Shown: positions 1 to 8,500 of the stretch, in pieces
Layout of the letters: every line of letters starts with the position of its first letter
How positions within the stretch are numbered: the first letter of the stretch is position 1
NCBI GenBank assembly: GCA_049971295.1
Contig: JBMFLH010000048.1
Span: 1 to 14,801, forward strand
From: Candidatus Ratteibacteria bacterium
GTDB lineage: Bacteria; Ratteibacteria; UBA8468; B48-G9; DTJG01
Reading direction: 5' to 3'
DNA length: 14,801 nucleotides
The notes under the pieces: model-generated
What the model was told of the DNA's origin: nothing
What the model saw: only the letters and a program-made list of their open reading frames with translations
Database searches by the model: none
Position numbers and translations under genes: made by a program

Positions 1-54
1 AGTATTGCGGTGGATTGCTTTACATAGTTATTAAAAAAGGCGGGATTTTAGGAT

Positions 55-83
55 ATTATAAGCCATTTTGAAAAAAATTTAAA
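55..83 (-). promoter_or_regulatory. Candidate sigma70-type promoter firing leftwards out of the window
   Basis: Perfect TATAAT on the minus strand at 55-60 with TTTAAA 17 nt upstream (78-83), inside a 200-nt non-coding stretch. The AT-rich background makes a chance match plausible. Confidence 0.3.
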
Positions 84-200
84 TACCACATCTTTTGCGT
101 CCAGTGATATGCGTTCTGAAAAAAGTCGAACAGAGCACCTTTGAAAGACCTTTAGCAATTGCTTTCCATCCTATCCCAAATCACATTAAGACAATAATTA

Positions 201-845
201 TCAGGCCAAAAAGGCATCAAATAGATTTGAGGCAATGATAAGGTGGCCTGTGGCATTTGGATGAACCGGTTCAGGACAGAATGTTTCGCTATCTCTATAC
301 TTCAAATGTTTCTGGAAAATTTCCTGTAGTTTCACAATTCCTGTATCAAATTTTTCTGCCAGTTTTCTTACAACATTTACATAATTTTTTAGTTCTTTTA
401 GTACCGTGGTTCTCCAAGCGTCAGCATTGTCTATACTGATATAAAATGGCTCAAGAAGAACTATGCCGCAATTCAATTGTTTTCTTGTTCTTGAAAGAAT
501 TTCAGAATATCTCTGTTCGAATTTTTCAACCACACATTCCTGCCAGTCAGGGCCTTTCCTAAGTACATGATGAAGGTCATTGATACCTATGAGAATTGTA
601 AGCCAGTCAGGTTTGTGATAAATGACATCATCAGTCCATCTATTCTCCAAATCAATAATCGTATTGCCGCTGATACCTTTGTTGATGACAGTAATATTTC
701 TTTCAGGATATCTGGCAATCAACAAATCATTGAAATATTTCACATAGCCATTGCCAAGAGGCGCAAACTCTGTTCTTCTTCCACAATCGGTGATACTGTC
801 TCCAATACAGAGAACTTTTTGCCCTGCCTTAATAGAAAAATCCAT
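201..845 (-). CDS. SGNH/GDSL hydrolase family esterase (214 aa)
   Basis: Block I GDSIT, block II NKGISGN, block III LIGIND, block V EPVHP. Strong SD (AAGGAGG, plus-strand 850-856) 4 nt before the ATG. Confidence 0.92.
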   Translation of the reverse strand: MDFSIKAGQKVLCIGDSITDCGRRTEFAPLGNGYVKYFNDLLIARYPERNITVINKGISGNTIIDLENRWTDDVIYHKPDWLTILIGINDLHHVLRKGPDWQECVVEKFEQRYSEILSRTRKQLNCGIVLLEPFYISIDNADAWRTTVLKELKNYVNVVRKLAEKFDTGIVKLQEIFQKHLKYRDSETFCPEPVHPNATGHLIIASNLFDAFLA

Positions 846-865
846 TTATCCTCCTTTTAATTTGT

Positions 866-1837
866 TCAGTCTTTCAAAATAATATTTTCAACAAGATTCC
901 AGTTCTCAATGCACCAGTCAATCGTTTGTTTAATACCTTGCTCTAAGGAAACCTCAGGTCTCCAGCCAAGAATTTTCTCTGCTTTTGATATGTCAGCCCA
1001 TGTTGCTGGAATATCACACTGCGGAAATGGTTTGTGAACAATTTTTGCCTTTTTGCCAAGATATTCTTCTATCAATGATATTACCTGATTGATGGTATAA
1101 GGATGATTTCCGCCAAGATTCATGATTTCAAAACCAACCTGCTTTAAGCCCAGAAGTGTCCCATTTGCGATGTCAGAAACAAATGTAAAATCTCTGCTCT
1201 GATTTCCATCTCCAAAAACTGTGACGGAATTTCCTTCATTGATCAACTTAATGAATTTGAAAATGCTCAAATCTGGTCTGCCAGCAGGTCCATAAACAGT
1301 GAAATATCTGAAAATGGTAACATCAATACCGTAGAGATAGTGATAGGTATAGCAGGTCACTTCTGCTGCCTTTTTTGAGGCAGCATAGGGAGAGATAGGC
1401 GTATTTACAGGCAGTGACTCTGAAAATGGCATTTTTTGGCCAGCGTAAAGGGAAGAGGTTGAAGCAAGGACAAATTTTTTTATTCCATGCTTTTGAGCAA
1501 GGTCAAGTAGATTGAGGTTGCCCAGCACATTGGTCTCAAAATAAATATGTGGATTTTCAATGCTTGCCCGGACTCCTGCCCTTGCTGCAAGATTGATGAT
1601 TGCTTCTGGCTTGAACATTGAAATAATCGTTTCAAGATCCTGTTTATTTCTTATGTCAATTTTTTGAAATCGAAAATTTTTGATTTTTTCAAGGTCATTG
1701 AATCTCCATTGTTTCAAGCGAACATCATAATAATCATTCATATCATCAATGCCAAATACTTCATGCCCTGAATTTAAAGCTGTCTTTGCGGTATGCCAAC
1801 CAATAAAACCAGTACATCCGGTCAAAAGAATTTTCAT
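866..1837 (-). CDS. NAD-dependent nucleotide-sugar epimerase, UDP-glucuronate 4-epimerase-like extended SDR (323 aa)
   Basis: Rossmann motif TGCTGFIG, D-x-x-N-D-Y-Y-D-V-x-L-K, LAARAGVR, catalytic YAASK, FTVYGPAGRPD and RDFTF, all typical of the UDP-GlcA 4-epimerase subgroup. ATGA overlap with the upstream stop at 1834-1837. Confidence 0.88.
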   Translation of the reverse strand: MKILLTGCTGFIGWHTAKTALNSGHEVFGIDDMNDYYDVRLKQWRFNDLEKIKNFRFQKIDIRNKQDLETIISMFKPEAIINLAARAGVRASIENPHIYFETNVLGNLNLLDLAQKHGIKKFVLASTSSLYAGQKMPFSESLPVNTPISPYAASKKAAEVTCYTYHYLYGIDVTIFRYFTVYGPAGRPDLSIFKFIKLINEGNSVTVFGDGNQSRDFTFVSDIANGTLLGLKQVGFEIMNLGGNHPYTINQVISLIEEYLGKKAKIVHKPFPQCDIPATWADISKAEKILGWRPEVSLEQGIKQTIDWCIENWNLVENIILKD

Positions 1838-3231
1838 TCTAATCTCGCAGTTGTTTGATATTCTGCGATATTCGCATTGATTGATTTTCTTTTCATGAGA
1901 ACCTCTTTCAATTTCGTAATCGCAGGCTGCTCGCCATGAACAAGAAAAGTATCAATCGGTGGCTTTTCAAGAAATTCCAACCACCATAATATCTCATTCT
2001 GATCAGCGTGAGAAGAAAATCCGTTAACCTGAACAATGTTTGCGTTCACCTGCCTGTATTCTCCAAGAATTCTTACCTGCTTTTTGCCACTAATGATTTC
2101 TCTACCAAGGGTACCTGTTGCCTGATATCCAACAAACATAATTGTACTTTCGGGTCTACTGATGTTTGTGACAAGATGGTGCTTTATTCTACCCCCTGTG
2201 CACATACCTGAGCCCGCAATAATAATCACTGACCCTTTTACATGATTGATTGACTTTGATTGCTCAACAGTTTCAGTGGGTTGCAATAAATCCATTTCAA
2301 AAGGACTGTTGTTCTCCTCGGCCATTTTTTTTAAAGATTCCCGCAAAAATTCAGGATATCTTTTGAAAACTTCTGTGACCTTTATTGCCATCGGGCTGTC
2401 TATAAATGTCATCAAATGCGGAATTCTATCTTCGGAAAGAAGTTTCTTCAAACAATAAAGGAGTTCCTGGGTCCTTTCGATGGCAAAACTTGGTACCACA
2501 ATATTTCCTGACTTTTCTGCAGTTTCAGTAATGGTGCTGGCAACCGTTTTGTAGGTCATTTCATCCGGCTCGTGGACTCTATCTCCATATGTTGACTCCA
2601 TCACAAGGTAATCAATCTTTGAAAGTCGTTCTGGTTCTGGAAGAAGGGGTCTATTCGGTCTTCCAAGGTCTCCTGTAAAAACAAGATTTTTCCCTGTATT
2701 TTTGTCCCGAAACTCAAATATTGCTGAACCAAGGATGTGCCCTGCATTATGACAGATTAATGAATAACCATTTGCTACTTCAAACTCCTGATTACACGGG
2801 ATTTCACGGAAAAGGTCAAAAACATTATATACATCGTTCTGAGTATAAAGAGGAATGACCGGATGGCTAACTTTTTTCCCGGTCATTTCATGTCTTAATC
2901 TCTTTTTCTCAGCGTCTTCTTCGTATAGTTTTGCTGCATCAAGCAGGGCAATTTTTGCAATTTCAATTGTGGGTGCTGTGGCATATACAGGACCTTTGAA
3001 TCCACTTTTTACCAATCTTGGAAGAAAACCGCAGTGGTCAAGATGAGCATGGGTGAGAAAAACCGCATCAATGCTTTCTGGGTCTACAGGAAAAGCATCC
3101 CAGTTTCTTGATAATAAATCCCTTTCCTGGTATATCCCGCAATCAATCAAAAATTTTTTATTATCTAATTGCAGAAGATGCCTTGAACCCGTCACATTTT
3201 CTGCTGCGCCAAGAAATGTAATTGAAAACAC
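1834..3231 (-). CDS. MBL-fold beta-CASP ribonuclease (YSH1/TTHA0252-like RNA-processing exonuclease family, 465 aa)
   Basis: LIDCG, HAHLDH (HxHxDH), AGHILGS, TGDLG, ESTYG, GSGMCTGGRIKHH, FSSHAD, VHGE. GTG start shares base 3231 with the upstream TAG. SD-like AAGGAG precedes it. Confidence 0.92.
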   Translation of the reverse strand: MFSITFLGAAENVTGSRHLLQLDNKKFLIDCGIYQERDLLSRNWDAFPVDPESIDAVFLTHAHLDHCGFLPRLVKSGFKGPVYATAPTIEIAKIALLDAAKLYEEDAEKKRLRHEMTGKKVSHPVIPLYTQNDVYNVFDLFREIPCNQEFEVANGYSLICHNAGHILGSAIFEFRDKNTGKNLVFTGDLGRPNRPLLPEPERLSKIDYLVMESTYGDRVHEPDEMTYKTVASTITETAEKSGNIVVPSFAIERTQELLYCLKKLLSEDRIPHLMTFIDSPMAIKVTEVFKRYPEFLRESLKKMAEENNSPFEMDLLQPTETVEQSKSINHVKGSVIIIAGSGMCTGGRIKHHLVTNISRPESTIMFVGYQATGTLGREIISGKKQVRILGEYRQVNANIVQVNGFSSHADQNEILWWLEFLEKPPIDTFLVHGEQPAITKLKEVLMKRKSINANIAEYQTTARLE

Positions 3232-6200
3232 TATTTCTCCTTAAACATGTCAATAAGAACCTCTGAATATGGCTTTGATGGCTTTGAAATTTTGCCTTCT
3301 TTATCAGCCCACACAATCCAGTAATAAAGTCTTATTCCGGGTCTGAGATTGTAAATATGCTGGCCATTTTTCGCTCCATCAGGTGTCATGTTAATCGCTC
3401 CCTGACCATCAGGATATGGACCTACCCAAATGTAATATTTTTTTGCCTGTTCCAGCTCTTTGAAATACACATGCACATTTGTTCCGTCAGCGCCCCATGA
3501 AGGGGGTTCAAGCTTTATAATAGTAGTTGGCTCATAAATCCCGGTCTTTTCCATTCCAGCAATGGGATTTGGTAGTTGAATTTTTTTCGGTTCTGGCATC
3601 CTGATTTTACTTATGGATACTGCTTTGCTACTGACATCTTCATCATAATCGTATTCAACATAAATTTTTCCAAAGCAAACACTGTCTGATGAAACCGGTT
3701 GAATATCGTTCACATAAAGGATATGGGTCCTCTGTTCAACTATGATATTCTCAATTCTTAAAGGAAGATCAACAATTCCATCTCCATTTGAAGAAGTCCA
3801 CCACGTTGTTCCATATTTTCTGAAACTGTCATAAGGCTCATGTCCAGGTAATTCAAATCTTATATATCGCCACCCATCAAAATTAAAATAACTCCATGAG
3901 TGGACATCATCACAGTTCCATTGGTCCTTTGTGCCTATGCTGATCCATCGTTCATTGTTCGCATCCCTGAGGCAGAAAACAATCCTTCCCCAGTCGCTTG
4001 CTCCTTTTACCCACACTCCAATATGAGAAGGTGCTCCAGGAAGAGCAACCTGCTTTTTTGGTTTCAGAATTGAATACCAGGGCATCAGTTCATGCTGCGA
4101 CTGCTGTTTTTCAAGTTTTGAAACCAGGACGCTTCCAAAAATCAGGTCTTTTCGAACAAAGCACGAAAACTTGCCCTTATATCTGAAGGTATCAAAATTG
4201 TTGTTTTCATAAAAAAGGTCTCTCTCATCAAAGTATTTCCAGTTACCGTTTCCTAAATCTGCTACAATTTTCGCATTTCTTGATGGCATAGAATCAGAAT
4301 GGTCAGGACTGCCAGTTTCAATTCCAATGACTTCATTTTTTGTGGTCAGGTAAGTCACAGAAGTGCCAATAACAAATGTAATTTTTCTATCCTTTGTTTT
4401 TACCCTGGTACTGTTGTTCATTACATCAGTAATGATTGCTTCGCCATCGCCAGAAAAAAGCAAACTAATAGGCCGCTTTCCTCTGATTGTCCATAATGCG
4501 TAAACATTACCTTTTGGACCATTGAATTTCAGACAATATGTGGTAAGAGAACCTGTTGGAATCCACTTTTCAAAGTCCGCTTCATTAAGTTTATCTGTCA
4601 TTGTTGCGTATGCAGCGTATGCAGGTTTGGGGTCACAATATGGTATCCTTCTAAAAATTCCACAACCCCCATAGTGTTCAGCGCCATAGTAATTGCCACA
4701 ATCAAAAGTAAACCATCCAGAATAAAAACGTTTCACACCATATGCCATACTGATAAGAACCCATCTATTATAAATATCCATCTGTTCCTGCCAGGAGCAT
4801 GCGCCGATTTCTGTTGGAACAAAGATGCCTTCACAATAACGAAGGTCAGGGTCTGGAATTCCTGCCTTTTCATATTCTTTACGCAACTGGTAAAGCCGAT
4901 GCACACTGATTTGATGAAGTTGCTGCTCAGGGAGTCGTTCAAAGCCACATATATCAAGGCCTGAACCATCGATGAGATTTTTGGGAAATCCTGCCCGAAG
5001 TAATGGAACAATAAAAAGAGGATCCCCCCATGGAATCAATATTTTCAGTTCAGGCCAGGTTTCTCTTACTGCTTCTGCTGCGCATTTTGCTGTGATAAAA
5101 TGCATCCTGATTCTTCTAAGCTCCTGATCTGTTGGCTCATAGGGTTTTTCTCCCCAGTATTCAGGGTAATTGCCTGCTGTCATTCTGTTGCTGATACCTG
5201 GTTCCGGGAAAAAATAAACATTATCTGGCCTGAATTGTTCAGGAACAGCATTGCGAGCTTTTGTATATGCCTCAATCACATTTTTCTTGTACTCCTGGTA
5301 TTTCGTTTCGGGATAAACCTGGTCTGCCGCCCATTCCTGAGGACTTACTTCCCAAGCACCTGCCTGAACCCGACTCCAGTGTTTTTGAACATAGGGATTA
5401 TTTTCGGCACCCTGTGGTAATCCAATGCTTGTTCTGGCGCCTGCAATTGTCATAAGTCGGATGTGATGCTCTGCCTTTGGAGCATAATGACCTCCGTGAT
5501 AACTCCAGTAACCAAACAATGCCCCTTTACCAGACCATTTTTCACTTCTTGTATCTGGAGCAAGCACCACAAAATTTCTTGTTTCAATCCAGCTAATATC
5601 ACCTGTTTTCAATGCTGCCACCATCTGATACCAGCCAAAAAGTTTCGCAGGAACATCAATTTTTATTTTCTTTTCTTCACCAGGGCTCTGAATAAAAACA
5701 TCCTTCTTCATTCGAATGATATCCATGTGGTCATAACTGGTTGCAGTAATTTCCAGAACGCCTGAAAAATTTGACTTTTTTGTTGCAATTTTTACCTGAT
5801 AAGAAGGAATTTCAGGAGATGTCCAGACACTTCCAAAAACTTCAGGTTCTATGGAGAAATGATATTTACTCCTGTCAAGCGTCACGCCGTAGATATGAAC
5901 TGATGATGGAAGTCCTGCCTGATGCCATCCATAAATGATAGGGTCAGGATAAGAACGAAACTGAACAACCTTTTTTGTCAATTCCAGTTCAAAAATATCA
6001 AGGTCTGAAAATGATGAAATCTTTCCCATGTCAAGGGGAATTTTTACCATCCACAAATTCACTTTTTTACCGTTTGAAAGTGTAACAGGAAATTTTTCGA
6101 AATTGCTGGACTTTGCAGTAAACAGAGGCACCCGGGTTTCAAAATTCTGGGCGTATCCTGCACCAGGGCGATAAAACATTGCTGTCAGCAATGGCACTGA

Positions 6201-7271
6201 ATCTGATCTTCCATCAGCTGCTGCAAGAACATAAAGAGCATCATAGTTGTCAAAGGGAATTCTCAATTGAATTCTTGATGGATCCCTGAAAGCAGCGCCA
6301 CCAAACGGATGGTCATAAACAGGAAAATAGCCCTCAAGATTGCCTTCCTTATATAAACTCTTGCTGATGTCAAGGTGGTCATTGCCTTCTGTATTAACTG
6401 TTGGAAAAATAAAGGGTATCCCTGAAATTGATACCTGCTCTTTTTTAAATTGTTTTACATACACATTCCCTGGCAAATTTTTTCCATTTGCATAGCCATT
6501 GATTCTTACGGGGTAAAAATCAGTATTGTCTTTTTCAGGAATATTGAAAGCAGGAAATGAGATTTGAACTTTTTTTGTGAATGTAATACTTGCAAATCCT
6601 TCTTGAGGTATTGAGATATCTTTTTTGTATGCGACAAGCCGATCATCAACCCAGAACCAAACAGAATTTTCCTTGAGTGCGATTCTCACTTCAATCCATT
6701 TTGAGTTATGATCGCAAAGTTCAGACATATCTTTTTCAACAAGTTTTCTGTATTTTTCTGGCCAGCCAGGAAGTATTCTCGGGTATGCTTTCAGTAGATA
6801 GGTAAAATCATTTGAAAATACAGGAACCCAGTTTAAATCCTTTGCAAGTTCATTGTTATCATGGAGATACTTACCCTGATATCGCACAGAACATTGAACT
6901 CTTTCAGGATAAAGCGCATTATCTGTAATGGAAAGCGATAAACTGAAGCCGGTGTCAGATGCATCCTTTTTTCCAACCTGGAACGATGCATAAGCAGAAC
7001 CACCCGGCTCTGTACGCAATCTCACAAATGTGTGAAATTCAATCGGATGAGGTATTGTTTGCCCTGTTATCAAAACTACAGGGATATTTTTTGAACAGGT
7101 AAATACTGAATTACCGAAAACCGTTTCATTTTCAATTGTATACTCACCCTGTTTTAATACCCAGTTTTTTTCAAGGATACTTCTCTGATCATTATTATTG
7201 GCATATAAAAAACAGCAATATAATGTAACAAAGACAGCAAAAAACACGCGGAGAAACTGTATATGTTTCAT
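3231..7271 (-). CDS. Large secreted multidomain protein (~1346 aa) with a putative clan GH-A (GH39/GH5-like) TIM-barrel core and accessory beta-sandwich domains
   Basis: Long uninterrupted ORF. Start moved from 7355 to ATG 7271 because of the GGAGG at 7279-7283, the ATGA overlap with the upstream stop, and a signal-peptide-like N-terminus (MKHIQFLRVFFAVFVTLYCCFLYA). Motifs YFFPEP, LRYCEG and PKPAYAAY resemble GH-A barrel landmarks. The CDS is secure; the function is tentative. Confidence 0.65.
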   Translation of the reverse strand: MKHIQFLRVFFAVFVTLYCCFLYANNNDQRSILEKNWVLKQGEYTIENETVFGNSVFTCSKNIPVVLITGQTIPHPIEFHTFVRLRTEPGGSAYASFQVGKKDASDTGFSLSLSITDNALYPERVQCSVRYQGKYLHDNNELAKDLNWVPVFSNDFTYLLKAYPRILPGWPEKYRKLVEKDMSELCDHNSKWIEVRIALKENSVWFWVDDRLVAYKKDISIPQEGFASITFTKKVQISFPAFNIPEKDNTDFYPVRINGYANGKNLPGNVYVKQFKKEQVSISGIPFIFPTVNTEGNDHLDISKSLYKEGNLEGYFPVYDHPFGGAAFRDPSRIQLRIPFDNYDALYVLAAADGRSDSVPLLTAMFYRPGAGYAQNFETRVPLFTAKSSNFEKFPVTLSNGKKVNLWMVKIPLDMGKISSFSDLDIFELELTKKVVQFRSYPDPIIYGWHQAGLPSSVHIYGVTLDRSKYHFSIEPEVFGSVWTSPEIPSYQVKIATKKSNFSGVLEITATSYDHMDIIRMKKDVFIQSPGEEKKIKIDVPAKLFGWYQMVAALKTGDISWIETRNFVVLAPDTRSEKWSGKGALFGYWSYHGGHYAPKAEHHIRLMTIAGARTSIGLPQGAENNPYVQKHWSRVQAGAWEVSPQEWAADQVYPETKYQEYKKNVIEAYTKARNAVPEQFRPDNVYFFPEPGISNRMTAGNYPEYWGEKPYEPTDQELRRIRMHFITAKCAAEAVRETWPELKILIPWGDPLFIVPLLRAGFPKNLIDGSGLDICGFERLPEQQLHQISVHRLYQLRKEYEKAGIPDPDLRYCEGIFVPTEIGACSWQEQMDIYNRWVLISMAYGVKRFYSGWFTFDCGNYYGAEHYGGCGIFRRIPYCDPKPAYAAYATMTDKLNEADFEKWIPTGSLTTYCLKFNGPKGNVYALWTIRGKRPISLLFSGDGEAIITDVMNNSTRVKTKDRKITFVIGTSVTYLTTKNEVIGIETGSPDHSDSMPSRNAKIVADLGNGNWKYFDERDLFYENNNFDTFRYKGKFSCFVRKDLIFGSVLVSKLEKQQSQHELMPWYSILKPKKQVALPGAPSHIGVWVKGASDWGRIVFCLRDANNERWISIGTKDQWNCDDVHSWSYFNFDGWRYIRFELPGHEPYDSFRKYGTTWWTSSNGDGIVDLPLRIENIIVEQRTHILYVNDIQPVSSDSVCFGKIYVEYDYDEDVSSKAVSISKIRMPEPKKIQLPNPIAGMEKTGIYEPTTIIKLEPPSWGADGTNVHVYFKELEQAKKYYIWVGPYPDGQGAINMTPDGAKNGQHIYNLRPGIRLYYWIVWADKEGKISKPSKPYSEVLIDMFKEK

Positions 7272-8500
7272 TGTGATACCTCCTTGCCAGTAATATTGTA
7301 TTTCATTTTTATCAGATAGATATCTGAATTTCCAGGAATTTTTGTCAATGGCCACGAGACAGCATTTTTGAATCCAACGATCATTACTGTGTCAGAACCT
7401 AATTTGATAATTCCATATAAATCGTCATTATCCTGAAAACCCCATTCCCTGTTAGCCAGAACATTTCCATTTTTATCAAGTACATTAACCGCAAAATTAT
7501 CAAAATTCATCTGTTCACTCTGATGTACCTGAGAATATCCAACAACAATAAATCCAGTATCCATCTCAACAACATCAAACGCACCATCATATCGTCCCGG
7601 ACTTGTAATGATTTTAGACCATAGAATATCGCAATTTTCATTTAATCTCACTATCCATGTATCTTCGCTCGGAAATTTATCAAGCATACTGGTTGTTCCA
7701 ACAAGAATTGCACCGCCATCAGAAATAGCTTTGACTTTTAGGAATTTATTTTTCTTTCCTTCCATGAACTTTCTCTGTTTAACGATAGTGCCGTTCTGAT
7801 TAATTATTATACAGGTAGAAAAGCCTTCCTGTAAGAGTGACCCGGGATTTTTTGTACATGAAACTGCCGCAATTACATATTTTCCGTCTTTCAATTGAGC
7901 GATAGATGTACCGATATCATCACTACCAAGGTCATATGTTTGTTGCCATTTCAAATTGCCAGAGTCATCAATTTGCACCATATACACATCAGACCTGCCA
8001 TCTTTTTTCCCATAAGATTTTGTCTCTCCAATCAGGAAAAAATTTCTATCACCAGCATTAATAACCTGTGAAAAACTATCATCCTGTTCACCACCAAATG
8101 TTTTTTCCCATAAAAGATTAAGGTCGCTATCAAATTTTATTATCCAGCCCTGTCTTTTATAAGGGGGCTCGATCTTTGAACCTGCTGCAATGAAATAGGT
8201 TCCATCACAAACAACAGAACTTAAAAGGTCCTGTCCACTGCTACCAAAACTTTTCATCTTTACAACATTTCCTTCAGAATCTATTTTTATTACCAGTCCC
8301 TGATAGTTTTTCCTGGCTCCCAGAATTTTGCTGGATCCAGATGCACCAACAATGATAAAACCATTATCAAAAGATGCTGTAATAGCCCATCCAATGTCGG
8401 CATTGCCACTGTTGTCATATTGTTTCTCCCAGATGGATTCGATCTGACATAGAACTAAATCTTGAAAAAGGAATAACACCAGTAAAGATAATATCCTCAT
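7268..8500 (-). CDS. Secreted 7-bladed beta-propeller repeat protein (410 aa)
   Basis: Hydrophobic N-terminal signal peptide, then seven ~50-aa repeats of the form W-x-K-x-F/Y-G...D...D-G/x-F-I-x-x-G (e.g. WEKQYDNSG, WEKTFGGEQDD, WQQTYDLGSDD, WSKIITSPGRYD). ATGA overlaps at both ends. Confidence 0.75.
   Translation of the reverse strand: MRILSLLVLFLFQDLVLCQIESIWEKQYDNSGNADIGWAITASFDNGFIIVGASGSSKILGARKNYQGLVIKIDSEGNVVKMKSFGSSGQDLLSSVVCDGTYFIAAGSKIEPPYKRQGWIIKFDSDLNLLWEKTFGGEQDDSFSQVINAGDRNFFLIGETKSYGKKDGRSDVYMVQIDDSGNLKWQQTYDLGSDDIGTSIAQLKDGKYVIAAVSCTKNPGSLLQEGFSTCIIINQNGTIVKQRKFMEGKKNKFLKVKAISDGGAILVGTTSMLDKFPSEDTWIVRLNENCDILWSKIITSPGRYDGAFDVVEMDTGFIVVGYSQVHQSEQMNFDNFAVNVLDKNGNVLANREWGFQDNDDLYGIIKLGSDTVMIVGFKNAVSWPLTKIPGNSDIYLIKMKYNITGKEVSQ

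Noticed and set aside
30..50. Minus-strand CCCGCC followed by a T6 run, resembling a terminator 3' arm
   Set aside because: There is no complementary GGCGGG arm upstream on that strand, so no hairpin can form.
80..125. Minus-strand GGACGCAAA resembling part of a c-di-GMP-I riboswitch
   Set aside because: The upstream GCAAA/GNRA-capped P2 stem and the P3 helix are not recognisable; this is only a short chance match.
1834..3231. MBL-fold gene as an antibiotic-resistance beta-lactamase or anti-phage nuclease
   Set aside because: It carries the full beta-CASP and C-terminal motifs of housekeeping RNA-processing enzymes, has no signal peptide, and has no defence-type neighbours.
7272..7355. N-terminal 28-aa extension of the 1374-aa ORF
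   Set aside because: It overlaps the propeller gene by 88 nt and would bury the signal peptide. ATG 7271 has a GGAGG SD and ATGA coupling.
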